A stretch of 64,000 nt of DNA, from NCBI GenBank assembly GCA_036377415.1, contig DASUYK010000039.1:119-64118 (forward strand), given 5' to 3'. This stretch comes from Solirubrobacterales bacterium. GTDB lineage: Bacteria > Actinomycetota > Thermoleophilia > Solirubrobacterales > 70-9. A model generated the notes under the pieces. It was given only the letters and a program-made list of their open reading frames with translations. It did not search any database and was not told the DNA's origin. The position numbers and the translations under genes are program-made. Positions 1-9,117 of this stretch are shown one piece after another (positions within the stretch are counted from its first letter, which is position 1; the number at the start of each line of letters is the position of its first letter).

Positions 1-310
1 CGTGTAGGAGGACCGTCCGGGCCCCGGCGGCGCGCGCCTCATCCTCGGCCGCCGCGAGCAGCCGGGTGCCGACGCCCAGCCCCCGGAGCCGGCGGCCCAC
101 CGCCATCCGCTCGAGTTTGCACGCCTCGCCTACAAAACGCAACCTGCAGGTTGCGACCACGCCGGATTCGTCCAACGCAACGATCTGAACGGCATCGTCG
201 TCCAGTCCATCGAGCTCCTCCTCGAGCGCGACGCCCTGTTCGTCGCAGAAGACTCGGACGCGGAGGTCCTGCGCAGCAGCGGCCTCCGCGGCGTCCCGCG
301 CCGGCCGCAC
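1..310 (-). CDS. GNAT family N-acetyltransferase (C-terminal end cut by window edge)
   Basis: Not in the ORF track because it runs off the window. Reverse-strand translation from GTG at 310 reads VRPARDAAEAAAAQDLRVRVFCDEQGVALEEELDGLDDDAVQIVALDESGVVATCRLRFVGEACKLERMAVGRRLRGLGVGTRLLAAAEDEARAAGARTVLLH. RRLRGLGVG fits the GNAT acetyl-CoA motif A (R-x-x-G-x-G). Confidence 0.7.
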   Translation of the reverse strand, partial: MRPARDAAEAAAAQDLRVRVFCDEQGVALEEELDGLDDDAVQIVALDESGVVATCRLRFVGEACKLERMAVGRRLRGLGVGTRLLAAAEDEARAAGARTVLLH

Positions 311-362
311 GGTGACGGTGGGCCGGCAGTCCGCGCTCAACCGGGGTGTGTCCCGGCGTCCC

Positions 363-1139
363 TCATCGGCCCGCCTGGGCAGCCGTCGCGCGGATCTGGG
401 TGAAGGCTTCGATCAGATCGATCGGGAGCGGGAAGACGATCGTGGTGTTCTGGTTGACCCCCATCTCCAGCAGCGTCTGCAGGTAGCGGAGCTGAAGCGT
501 CGCCGGGTTCTTGGAGATGATGTCGGCGGCGGAGGCGAGCTTCTCGGCGGCCTGGAACTCGCCCTCCGCGTTGATGATCTTGGCGCGCCGCTCGCGCTCG
601 GCCTCGGCCTGACGGGCCATCGCCCTCTGCATCTGCTCGGGGATCTCGACGTCCTTGATCTCGACCGTGGTCACCTTGACCCCCCAGGGCTCGGTCTGCT
701 CGTCGATGATCTTCTGCAGACTCTCGTTGAGGCGCTCGCGCTCGGCGAGCAGCATGTCCAGGTCCGCCTTGCCGAGCACCGACCGAAGCGTGGTCTGGGC
801 GATCTGCGAGGTGGCGAGAAGGAAGTTCTCGACCTCGACGATCGCGTTGTTCGGGTCGATCACCCGGAAGTAGCAGACGGCGTTCACCCGAGCCGGGACG
901 TTGTCGCGGGTGATCACCTCCTGCGGAGGGATGTTGAGAGTCACGGTCCGCAGGTCGACCCTGACCATGCGGTCGATGATCGGGATCAGGATGATCAGCC
1001 CTGGCCCCTTCTGGGCGATCAGCCGGCCGAGCCGGAAGATCACGCCGCGCTCGTACTCGCGCAGGACCCGGATCGCGGAGCCGAGGAAGATCAGCAGGAA
1101 GAACGCGACGACTACGACGACACCGATCGCTACAGCCAT
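363..1139 (-). CDS. SPFH/band 7 (stomatin-like) membrane protein
   Basis: 258 aa with an N-terminal TM helix followed by a typical stomatin/prohibitin core ([39 protein letters not shown]). Stop lies 5 nt from the upstream NfeD gene. Confidence 0.93.
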   Translation of the reverse strand: MAVAIGVVVVVAFFLLIFLGSAIRVLREYERGVIFRLGRLIAQKGPGLIILIPIIDRMVRVDLRTVTLNIPPQEVITRDNVPARVNAVCYFRVIDPNNAIVEVENFLLATSQIAQTTLRSVLGKADLDMLLAERERLNESLQKIIDEQTEPWGVKVTTVEIKDVEIPEQMQRAMARQAEAERERRAKIINAEGEFQAAEKLASAADIISKNPATLQLRYLQTLLEMGVNQNTTIVFPLPIDLIEAFTQIRATAAQAGR

Positions 1140-1144
1140 TGCAG

Positions 1145-1612
1145 TCAGGCCCCTTTCTCGACGGTTGCCGGGTCAGCGTCGGGGATCGGCTCCACCACCA
1201 GGGTGAGCCCGTCCACCGACTTCACCCGCACTCTAGTGCCTAGGCCGATCCCCCCCTCGTCCGCGCTCCGCGCCTCCCAGAGCGCGCCTCCGGTGAAGAC
1301 CTGGCCGGAAGGATCGAGCGGCTCCCGCACCTCGCCGATCGAGCCGACGATCTCCTCCCATCCGGTGCGGACGGGCTCGTCACGATGGGCGGCGAGCACC
1401 TTGCGGGCGGCGAAGATCACGAAACCGCCGAGGATCAGGCCCGTTGCGATGATCGCCGCGACCGGGAGGTCGTGACCCGCGTCGCGGTAGGCGAAGCCGG
1501 CTCCGACCACGCAGGCGACCCCGAGCATCCCGAGGACGCCGCCGGGAGCGCTCGACTCGGCGATGAACAGGACCAGCGCGAGGACCAGAAGCGCGATCGC
1601 GAGCTCGGTCAT
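1145..1612 (-). CDS. NfeD family membrane protein (stomatin partner)
   Basis: 155 aa with 3 predicted TM helices plus a C-terminal OB-like segment ([35 protein letters not shown]). The classic nfeD-SPFH gene order supports the call. Confidence 0.85.
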   Translation of the reverse strand: MTELAIALLVLALVLFIAESSAPGGVLGMLGVACVVGAGFAYRDAGHDLPVAAIIATGLILGGFVIFAARKVLAAHRDEPVRTGWEEIVGSIGEVREPLDPSGQVFTGGALWEARSADEGGIGLGTRVRVKSVDGLTLVVEPIPDADPATVEKGA

Positions 1613-1618
1613 CGGTCC

Positions 1619-1624
1619 ATTATC
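1619..1624 (-). promoter_or_regulatory. -10-like hexamer GATAAT, 6 nt upstream of the nfeD ATG (leaderless-type promoter)
   Basis: Reverse strand reads GATAAT-ggaccg-ATG. Part of a recurrent pattern in this window. Confidence 0.4.
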
Positions 1625-1713
1625 CCGTCCCCGGGCGTTTCGCCATCAAACGGGTTTGCGCCAACATCGAACGGATCACTCCGGTCGGTGCGCCCGTCCA
1701 TCAGAGCTCGCAT

Positions 1714-2304
1714 CTACCGCGCGTAGCGCTCGATGTCGGCGATCAGGTCCCCCTCGTCGCCGTAGACGCCGGGATGGGTGAAGACGAGCTCGCCGGAGCG
1801 GTCGTAGAATGCGGTCGCCGGAAACGCCTGTGGCGGGCCCCCGAGCTCCTGGGCGATCTCGAGGTCGGGGTCGCTGAAGGACGGATAGGGCAGGGGAAGC
1901 TCGCCGAGGAAGCGCTCTGCGGCCTCCTCGGAGTCGGTCGAGTCCACCCCGAGGAATGCGATCTCCCCGCCGCGTCGCTCAGCCGCCGACTGGAACCACG
2001 GGAACTCGTACCGGCATGGCCCGCACCACGAAGCCCACTTGTTGACGATGATCGGGAACCCCCGGAGCCCGGCGATTCGCTGCTCGAAGGCGTCGGTGCC
2101 TCCATCGAGCAGTTCGTTCGCCTCCGAGCGGATCGCCGCGAGCGGCGCCGGCGCACCCTCCAGCGATGCGGTCGCCTCCTCCACGCTCAGGCGGGAGTCG
2201 GGGTTTCCCGCTCCATCCTCGCCGCCGCAGGCGCCCGCACCGGCCGTGGCGAGCGCCGCCGCGAGCGCGAGCGCAACCAGCCGCTTGGTCAGCGTGGTGT
2301 CCAC
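1714..2304 (-). CDS. TlpA/ResA-like thiol:disulfide oxidoreductase lipoprotein (thioredoxin fold)
   Basis: 196 aa. Signal peptide with lipobox (LATAGAGAC-G), CxxC motif WASWCGPCRYEFP, GTG start preceded by GAGAGGA. Confidence 0.88.
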   Translation of the reverse strand: MDTTLTKRLVALALAAALATAGAGACGGEDGAGNPDSRLSVEEATASLEGAPAPLAAIRSEANELLDGGTDAFEQRIAGLRGFPIIVNKWASWCGPCRYEFPWFQSAAERRGGEIAFLGVDSTDSEEAAERFLGELPLPYPSFSDPDLEIAQELGGPPQAFPATAFYDRSGELVFTHPGVYGDEGDLIADIERYAR

Positions 2305-2433
2305 TTTTCCTCTCAGGAGTACGGGTCCGCGATCAAGAGTGCTTTAATTCCTAGCGGTCCATCAAGTTCCTGGACCCAGGGAGAGCCCGGAGCGGAGAAG
2401 CCGTATCTCGGGTGTCACCCGTGATCAGGCCAA

Positions 2434-5067
2434 TTGCGCCTCGCCATGATTTCGAATCGCGGGGAGCGGCGGATCAAAGAGCCTCAGATGGCAGAACAGA
2501 CCAAGGCGGCCGCCAAGGCGGCGAAGGCGCCGAGCAGCGCCGACATCGAGCGAGCCCGGGAGTTCGCGCGAGAGCCCTTCCTGCTCGAGGGTGAGAAGCC
2601 GAAGGACCTGGCTTCGGGCACACCGCGGCGGCGGGCGCTCGACGCCGCCCTCGCCGAGATCAACGACGGTCGGGAGTCGCCGAGTGTCGAGTGGCGGCGG
2701 GATTTCTCCCTCATGCTCGGACTCGAGCGGTTGCTCTCCGAGGACGATCCCCACCTGGCCGACGGCGCGGAACTCAACGCCCACCAGGTGGACGCGCTCT
2801 CTGGGACGCTCGCTGCGCTGATCACGGACGTCCAGGAGCGAATCAACGGCCACCCATGGAAGGGCAACGGGGCCGCACCGGCCTCCGCCGAGGCGGACGA
2901 GGCCGCGGAGCCCGATGCCAGCGGTAACGGCGCAGAGGCGATCGAGGGCGACGAGGAGGAGGCGACCGAGGCGGAGGAGGCAGAGGACTGGCAGGGCGAG
3001 GAGGACGAGGACGTCGTCGCGGAGGCCCCCGAGGATCCTGGCGCCAGTCGGCGGTTCTGGTTCGAGCACGCCACCGGCGCCGGCAAGACCGTCGCCGCCG
3101 TCGGCTTCGTCGAAGCCTCCCGCACGGGCGGGATCCTGATTCTCACCCACCGCCGGAACCTCGTCGACCAGTTCATCGGCGAGATCTCCGATCGCGGCTA
3201 CGCGGACCGCCTCTCGCCGCCGCTCCTCGACGGAACCGACCATCCCTACGGCCCGGTCACCGTCGAGACCTACCAGTGGTTCGTCCGCAACGCGGGACGG
3301 ATCTCCGACGCCTACTCGATCGTGGTCTGCGACGAGGCCCACACCGCGCTCGGCGAGAAGACCAGCGGCTGCATCCGGAACTGGCCAGGTCCGGTCTTCA
3401 TCGGGATGACCGCGACGGGCGCCCTGATCGCCCGCCACGTCGCCGATCTCTTCCCCACCCAGACCTCGCGCTTCGATCTCGCCCAGGCGGCCCGCCGCGG
3501 CGTGATCGCGCCGTTGCGCTGCGTGCGGATCCCGCCGGGCCCCGGGGTCCGGACGATCGCGAAGGTGCCGCTGCGCAAGGGCGAGGTGGATCAGGACTTC
3601 GACCAGGAGGAGCTGGCCAAGCTCCTCGACCAGACGCCGTTCAACGTCGCGATCGCCGATCTCTACCGGTCGCGCTTCCGCCGGGTCCCGGGCGTCGTCT
3701 ACACGGCGGGGGTCAAGCACGCGAACAACGTCGCCAAGGCGTTCCAGGACGCCGGGATCAACGCCCGCGCCGTCTCCGGCGAGACGCCGAAGCGCGAGCT
3801 CGCCGAGATCCTCGCCGGGTTCGAGCGCGGCGAGGTCGACGTCCTCTGCAACGCGATGCTCCTGGCGGAGGGCTGGAACTCCCCCCGGGCGACGATCTGC
3901 ATGCACCTCGCCCCAACCGCCTCGCGCCGGGTCTACCAGCAGCGGGTCGGCCGGGTCACGCGGCGAAATCCCGGCAAGGAAGCCGGGCTGGTACTCGACT
4001 TCGTCCATCCAGCTACGACGCACGACGAGACGATCGTCACCCTGCACAGCCTGCTCGATCGAGACGTCTACCGCGGCGGCGCGATCGTGGTCGGCCCGGT
4101 GCGCCGCGGCCGCGGCCGGCGCGTGCGTGTCGAGAAGCGGGTCGTCCCCGTCTCGGATGACTCGAATCGCCGGCTCCGGGTGCTGGAGCGGGAGCTCTGG
4201 CGGATCGCGGTCGAGAACCTGAACCACTCCGAGCAGCACGTCTGGGCGGCCCTCGCGGGGGCGCGGGTGAACCCGTCAGGGTGGCGCCGCGCGAAGGCGA
4301 TGCTTCAGCACGACTCGACCAGGGAGCTCCGACGCCGGTTCCTGCTCACCTGCGTGCAGCGAAACCGCAACCAGCAGCTCCGCGCGAAGGCGCTCTCGGA
4401 GATCGCCGCGCTTCGCGATCCCGACGCGTTCGACGACGCGATCGACACGGTCGGCACCTGGTCGCGTGACGATCGCCGCGCCGGCACGAAGGTCCTCCTC
4501 GAGGCGCTCGCCGAGCGCCGGATCGGCCGCCGCGATCAGGCGCAGGCCTGGGTCTGGCGACTCGCCGAGTACACCCGCGATCTGCATGAGGAGTACGCGG
4601 TCCAGCGCTGGCCGGAGACGAAGCGGCTGCTGGGCCTGCTCGTCAACTCGTCCGGGCGGGCTCACGGGCGGAACGCCCGCCGGCTGGTCCACGCGGCCCG
4701 GAACCAGGACCGCCGGCTCGCCGCTGCCCTGCTCGCCGCCGGGGTGGCCCACACGCCCGAGGGCGAGGAGGTCCTGCGCGGAGCGCGGATGCGCGCCGCC
4801 CGCAAGCCGTCGGCGGTCGCGCGAGAGCTGCTTCGCAACTTCCCCAAGTCCGGCGGCCGGCGGCGCAGACGCAAGCGGAAGGGCGGATCCCAGGACGGAG
4901 CGGGAAAGAACGGCGGGAGGGGGAACGCGCCGGAGGAGCGGATCGACGGCCACGAGCTGGAGGACGGGCTGGAGCCCGAGGAGCTCTCTGCCCAGAACGG
5001 GGCGGGCGCGGATTCCGAGGAGCCGGGGGACGACGAGGTCGAGGCCGCCGAGGCGGCCGACGAGTAG
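2434..5067 (+). CDS. Superfamily 2 DEAD/DEAH-box helicase (Res/XPB-like core) with acidic insert and long charged C-terminal tail
   Basis: Motifs seen: NAHQVDAL (Q-like), ATGAGKT (Walker A), VVCDEAH (DEAH), GMTAT (III), QQRVGRVTRR (VI). Start is uncertain: TTG 2434, ATG 2446 or ATG 2488 (MAEQTKAAAK). Confidence 0.85.
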   Translation: MRLAMISNRGERRIKEPQMAEQTKAAAKAAKAPSSADIERAREFAREPFLLEGEKPKDLASGTPRRRALDAALAEINDGRESPSVEWRRDFSLMLGLERLLSEDDPHLADGAELNAHQVDALSGTLAALITDVQERINGHPWKGNGAAPASAEADEAAEPDASGNGAEAIEGDEEEATEAEEAEDWQGEEDEDVVAEAPEDPGASRRFWFEHATGAGKTVAAVGFVEASRTGGILILTHRRNLVDQFIGEISDRGYADRLSPPLLDGTDHPYGPVTVETYQWFVRNAGRISDAYSIVVCDEAHTALGEKTSGCIRNWPGPVFIGMTATGALIARHVADLFPTQTSRFDLAQAARRGVIAPLRCVRIPPGPGVRTIAKVPLRKGEVDQDFDQEELAKLLDQTPFNVAIADLYRSRFRRVPGVVYTAGVKHANNVAKAFQDAGINARAVSGETPKRELAEILAGFERGEVDVLCNAMLLAEGWNSPRATICMHLAPTASRRVYQQRVGRVTRRNPGKEAGLVLDFVHPATTHDETIVTLHSLLDRDVYRGGAIVVGPVRRGRGRRVRVEKRVVPVSDDSNRRLRVLERELWRIAVENLNHSEQHVWAALAGARVNPSGWRRAKAMLQHDSTRELRRRFLLTCVQRNRNQQLRAKALSEIAALRDPDAFDDAIDTVGTWSRDDRRAGTKVLLEALAERRIGRRDQAQAWVWRLAEYTRDLHEEYAVQRWPETKRLLGLLVNSSGRAHGRNARRLVHAARNQDRRLAAALLAAGVAHTPEGEEVLRGARMRAARKPSAVARELLRNFPKSGGRRRRRKRKGGSQDGAGKNGGRGNAPEERIDGHELEDGLEPEELSAQNGAGADSEEPGDDEVEAAEAADE

Positions 5068-5802
5068 TCAGTCCTCGATCGCCAGGTGCACCTCTCCCGC
5101 GCCGAGGGCGATCCTCTCCCCGCCGGCATCGACGACGAGGTGGCCCCGGTCATCGATCTCCTGCGCGGTGCCCGAGCCGCCCTCCCATGAGATCCGCCTG
5201 CCGCACAGCGCGTCGCGGGCGCGGTACGCGTCCAGCACCTCCTCCGCGTCGGCATCGGTCCAGCGCCCGAGCGCCTCGTTGAGGGCGGTGAGGGCCAGCG
5301 GGAGGCTCGGGGCGCTCCCGGGGCGCCGGGCATTCTTTGCCTCCGTCGGGAGCAGGGAGGTCGCCGTCTCGCGCAGCTCCGCCGGAAAGTCCTGATGAGG
5401 GATCGCCACGTTCAGTCCGACCCCGATCACCGCCCAGCCCTCGTCGGAGCGCGCCTCGACCAGGACCCCGGCGACCTTCCTCTCCTCGATCCAGACGTCG
5501 TTCGGCCACTTCACCTGGCAGCGAACCGGGGCGACCGCCTCGGCGGCTTCGCAGACGGCGAGTGGGACCGCGAGCGGCAGGAGCGGGGAGCGGTCGGGCG
5601 CATGCGGCCGGAGGAGCGCCGAATAGAGCAGGCAGCCTCCGGGTTGCGCGAACCAGGCATGCCCCCGCCGGCCGCGGCCGGCGGTCTGCTCGGCGGCTGT
5701 CACGACCAGGCCGCCGGGAGCGCCGGCTCCGGCGAGCTCCTTCGCCCGCTCGTTGGTCGAGTCCGTGCGGCGAAAGTGGCGGTGGGGACGACCGAAGATC
5801 AC
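5068..5802 (-). CDS. birA: Biotin--[acetyl-CoA-carboxylase] ligase, group I (no N-terminal HTH domain)
   Basis: Only the C-terminal 244 aa of the 519-aa ORF 5068..6627 is BirA-like: GRGRRGHAW (GRGRxGRxW), KWPNDVW. GTG start at 5802 overlaps the upstream stop (GTGA). Confidence 0.88.
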   Translation of the reverse strand: MIFGRPHRHFRRTDSTNERAKELAGAGAPGGLVVTAAEQTAGRGRRGHAWFAQPGGCLLYSALLRPHAPDRSPLLPLAVPLAVCEAAEAVAPVRCQVKWPNDVWIEERKVAGVLVEARSDEGWAVIGVGLNVAIPHQDFPAELRETATSLLPTEAKNARRPGSAPSLPLALTALNEALGRWTDADAEEVLDAYRARDALCGRRISWEGGSGTAQEIDDRGHLVVDAGGERIALGAGEVHLAIED

Positions 5803-6623
5803 AGGGGACGCAGTGTGACCTCGCTGTCGCGCTCGAGGTTCATCAGGCCGGCGGCGCTGCCGCCGCTGACCGCGAGGGCCAGCGCTCCCGAGGAATCCTC
5901 GAACAGCAGGACGTCCGCCGGGCCGACGTCGGCGAAGGTCCTCGCCCAGAGCGCCTCGAAGCGGCCGTCCGGGGCCCGAACCTCGAGGCGCTCGCCCTCG
6001 CGCAGCGGTCCGTCGGCGAGCATCGAGGCGTCGAGGTTGAGCGTGACGTTGCCGTAGCCATCCGTGTGGATCGCGTTGGCGGTCACCTCCTCCGCATCGA
6101 TCCGCGGTGCCGGGAGGTGGAGGGACGTGAGCGAGGCCGGGTCGATCGGCTCCCCGGCCTCCTCCAGTCTGGCGCCGAGCGAGAGGTGGGCGGCGACCGG
6201 CGCGAACAGGTCGCGGCCGTGGAATGTCGCCGAGACCGGCTCGAGCCGGAAGGGGGATCGGGAGAGCTCGACGCCATCGAGCGCCCCGCCCAGGCGGTCG
6301 AGCGCCCGGGAGAGGAGGCCGTTGTCGGGGCCGACCAGGAACCGGCCCTCGCCCGCCGCCACGGCCACCGCGCGCCGCGCCGACCCGACTCCGGGATCGA
6401 CGACCGCGAGGTGTACTCCCGGGGGACACGAGGGAAGCGCGTTCGCGAGCGCGATCGCACCCTGGCGGACGTCCTGGCGCGCGATCCCGTGACTCAGGTC
6501 GATCAGAGGCGCGCCGGGCGCGATCTGGGAGATCACGGCGCGGCAGACGCCGGCGAACTCGTCCTCGTAGCCGTAGTCGGAGAGGAAGGTGATCGGCCGC
6601 GGCGTCGCCACTGGCGAATCCAA
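5799..6623 (-). CDS. SAM hydroxide adenosyltransferase family protein (DUF62; fluorinase/chlorinase-like SAM-cleaving enzyme)
   Basis: 274 aa. Motifs ITFLSDYGYEDEFAGVCRAVI, VVDPGVGS, GPDNGLL, FHGRDLFAPVAA are typical of the DUF62 family. TTG start at 6623 (alternative GTG at 6611). Confidence 0.85.
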   Translation of the reverse strand: MDSPVATPRPITFLSDYGYEDEFAGVCRAVISQIAPGAPLIDLSHGIARQDVRQGAIALANALPSCPPGVHLAVVDPGVGSARRAVAVAAGEGRFLVGPDNGLLSRALDRLGGALDGVELSRSPFRLEPVSATFHGRDLFAPVAAHLSLGARLEEAGEPIDPASLTSLHLPAPRIDAEEVTANAIHTDGYGNVTLNLDASMLADGPLREGERLEVRAPDGRFEALWARTFADVGPADVLLFEDSSGALALAVSGGSAAGLMNLERDSEVTLRPL

Positions 6624-6627
6624 TCAA

Positions 6628-8133
6628 TCAGCCGGCGGCGGCGCTGAGAAGAGCCTCGACCAGGCCTTCGATGTCGTGACGCTCGGCCTCGATGTCGACC
6701 TGGAGGCCGGACTCGCGGATCGCCTCGCTCGTGATCGGGCCGATCGAGACGATCCGGGCCCGCTGGGGGAGGCGGCCGTCGACCGCCTTGACGAAGTTCC
6801 GCACGGTCGAGGAGGAGGTGAAGGTGACGAAGTCCGCCTCCTGGGCCCGATCGATCGCCTCCGGCGCGGGGGATTCTGCGACCGTTTCGTAGAGGGGGAC
6901 GACGTCCACCTTCGCTCCCCGCTTGCGAAGGGCGTCGGGGAGGAGCTCGCGCGCCTCGGCGGCGCGGGCGACGAGCACCGGCTTGCCCTCGAGCTCGAGC
7001 CGGTTCAGCGCTTCGACCAGCTCCTCGGCGACGAAGCGCTCCGGAACGATGTCCGCGACGATCCCGTGCTCGGCCAGCGCCATCTCGGTGCCGGCCCCGA
7101 TCGCGGCGACGCTCGCGTTGGCGAGCGCGCGGGCATCGCGGCCCTGGGTGGCCATCGCCTCGAAGAGGAGGCGGACGCCGTTCGGGCTCGTCAGGCAGAC
7201 GAGCGTGTAGGCGTGGAGGTCATCGACCGCGCGGCGGACCTCGTCGGTGTCGATCCGCGGCTCGATCCGGATCGCGGGCAGCTCGATCGGCTCGGCGCCG
7301 AGCGCGACGAGCCGCCGGGAGAGCTCGCTCGCCTGGGCGCGGGCTCGCGTCACCACTACCCGCCTCCCGTGGAGCGGCCGCGACTCGAGCCATGCGATGC
7401 GCTCGCGGCGTGCGGCGACCGCTCCAACGATCGTGACGGACGGTGGGCGGATTCCCGCCTCCGCGGCCGTGTCCGCGATCTCCGAAAGCCTCGCGGACAC
7501 CGTCCTCTGATCCGGAAACGTGCCCCGCTCGATCACCGCCGCCGGCTCGTCGGCGGATCGGCCGGCGGCGATCAGACGCTCGGCGATTCGGGGCAGCGCC
7601 CTGACGCCCATGTAGAAGACGAGGGTGCCGGGGAAGGGGGCGAGGGCGTCGTAGTCGAGCGCGGAGTCCTCCTTCTCCGGGTCCTCGTGACCCGTGACGA
7701 AGGCGACCGCCGAGGAATCGTCTCGGTGGGTGACTGGGATGCCGGCGTACGCTGGGGCCGCGACCCCGGCGGTCACCCCCGGCACCACCTCGAAGGGAAT
7801 TCCCGCAGCGGTGAGCGCCTCCGCCTCCTCGCCCCCGCGCCCGAAGACGAAGGGATCGCCGCCCTTCAAGCGGACGACGATCCTCCCCTCGCGCGCCCGC
7901 TCGATCAGCAGCTCCGCGATCCGGTCCTGGGTGACACTCGCCGCGCCCGGCTCCTTTCCGACGTAGAGCACCTCCGCGTCGGTGCGCGCGGCGGCGAGCG
8001 CATCGGCCGGGATCAGCCGGTCGTGGACGATCACTTCGGCGGCGACGATCAGCTCGAGCGATCGCGCCGTCATCAGTCCCGGGTCGCCGGGGCCGGCTCC
8101 CACCAGGTACACGATCCCGGGCGTCTCGTTCAT
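6628..8133 (-). CDS. cobA/hemD: Bifunctional uroporphyrinogen-III C-methyltransferase / uroporphyrinogen-III synthase
   Basis: N-terminal half has SUMT motifs (VYLVGAGPGDPGLMT, GGDPFVFGRGGEE). C-terminal half is HemD-like (two-lobed, VTRAR..SPNGV). ORF trimmed to ATG 8133 (MNETPG), which overlaps the hemC stop as ATGA. Confidence 0.9.
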   Translation of the reverse strand: MNETPGIVYLVGAGPGDPGLMTARSLELIVAAEVIVHDRLIPADALAAARTDAEVLYVGKEPGAASVTQDRIAELLIERAREGRIVVRLKGGDPFVFGRGGEEAEALTAAGIPFEVVPGVTAGVAAPAYAGIPVTHRDDSSAVAFVTGHEDPEKEDSALDYDALAPFPGTLVFYMGVRALPRIAERLIAAGRSADEPAAVIERGTFPDQRTVSARLSEIADTAAEAGIRPPSVTIVGAVAARRERIAWLESRPLHGRRVVVTRARAQASELSRRLVALGAEPIELPAIRIEPRIDTDEVRRAVDDLHAYTLVCLTSPNGVRLLFEAMATQGRDARALANASVAAIGAGTEMALAEHGIVADIVPERFVAEELVEALNRLELEGKPVLVARAAEARELLPDALRKRGAKVDVVPLYETVAESPAPEAIDRAQEADFVTFTSSSTVRNFVKAVDGRLPQRARIVSIGPITSEAIRESGLQVDIEAERHDIEGLVEALLSAAAG

Positions 8134-9107
8134 ATGCGAGGGCGCTCCGTAGGCGAAGCCGAGGAGCGACCCGTTTGAGGATGGACCGCCATCTTCTCCG
8201 CCCGTTCGAGGATCTCGGCGGCCCCCGCGGCCCTCATCCGCTCGGCCAGCGCTCTGCCGATCCCCTCGGGATCGCTCGCGTCGTCTGTGAGCTCGTCGCG
8301 GAGCCACTCGCTTCCGTCGGGCAGCCCGCAGAATGCCCGGAGCCGCATCCGCCCGCCCTTCTCCAGAGTCGCGATCGCTCCCAAGGGTGTGTTGCAGCTC
8401 GCGTCCAGGGCGGCGACCAGAGCCCGCTCGCCCTGCAGAGTCGCGAGCGCGCTGCGGTCGGTGATCGACTGCACCGCAACGGCCGCCCGGTCGTTTTCGT
8501 GGAACACCTCGATCGCGAGGGCGCCCTGACCGGGCGCCGGGATCAGCTCCTCCGGCTCGATCGTAAAAGCGATCTCCTCCGCGCGCCCGAGCCGTCGCAA
8601 CCCGGCGGCCGCCAGGACCAGTCCCTCGAAGTCCCCCGCTTCGAGCCGGCTGAGCCGCGTATCGACGTTGCCGCGCAGCTCGGCGATCTCGAGATCGGGC
8701 CGGACCGCGAGGATCTGGGCCCGCCGGCGGAGGCTGGAGGTGCCGATCCTGGCGCCCGCCGGTACATCGCTGAGCGAGCTCACATGACCGACATACGCGT
8801 CCCGCGGGTCCTCCCGCACCGGCATCCCGGCGATCTCGAGCCCCTCGGGCAGCTCGGCGGGCAGGTCCTTGGCCGAGTGGACGCCGAGATCGACCTCGCC
8901 GTCGAGCAGCGCTCGCTCGATCTCGCGCACGAACCGGGCCTTGTCGCCGCCGGCCCCGAGGTCGCTCGGAGCTCGGCGTGCCCCCTCGTCCCCGGATGTC
9001 CTGATTGGGACGACTTCGGCGTCGCCGAGCGCCTTCGCGACCAGCTTCGCCTGCGCGAGCGCGAGGGCGCTTCCGCGGGTGCCGAGCCTCAGCGGCGGCT
9101 CTGCCAT
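8130..9107 (-). CDS. hemC: Hydroxymethylbilane synthase (porphobilinogen deaminase)
   Basis: Motifs LRLGTRGSALALAQA, RGNVDTRL, GQGALAIE. ORF trimmed to ATG 9107, 10 nt after the hemA stop. Confidence 0.92.
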   Translation of the reverse strand: MAEPPLRLGTRGSALALAQAKLVAKALGDAEVVPIRTSGDEGARRAPSDLGAGGDKARFVREIERALLDGEVDLGVHSAKDLPAELPEGLEIAGMPVREDPRDAYVGHVSSLSDVPAGARIGTSSLRRRAQILAVRPDLEIAELRGNVDTRLSRLEAGDFEGLVLAAAGLRRLGRAEEIAFTIEPEELIPAPGQGALAIEVFHENDRAAVAVQSITDRSALATLQGERALVAALDASCNTPLGAIATLEKGGRMRLRAFCGLPDGSEWLRDELTDDASDPEGIGRALAERMRAAGAAEILERAEKMAVHPQTGRSSASPTERPRI

Positions 9108-9117
9108 CCCGGCCGCC

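Noticed and set aside
2425-4239. 604-aa minus-strand ORF antisense to the SF2 helicase, plus similar shadow ORFs at 13871..15355, 25157..26920, 39752..41434 and 52427..54727
   Set aside because: These are all mirror-frame artefacts of real genes on the other strand or in another frame. They are low-complexity Arg/Pro/Gly-rich translations without motifs.
5068-6627. 519-aa ORF that looks like one large protein
   Set aside because: Only the C-terminal 244 aa are BirA. The N-terminal part is an out-of-frame read through the DUF62 gene (5799..6623), which has its own clear family motifs.
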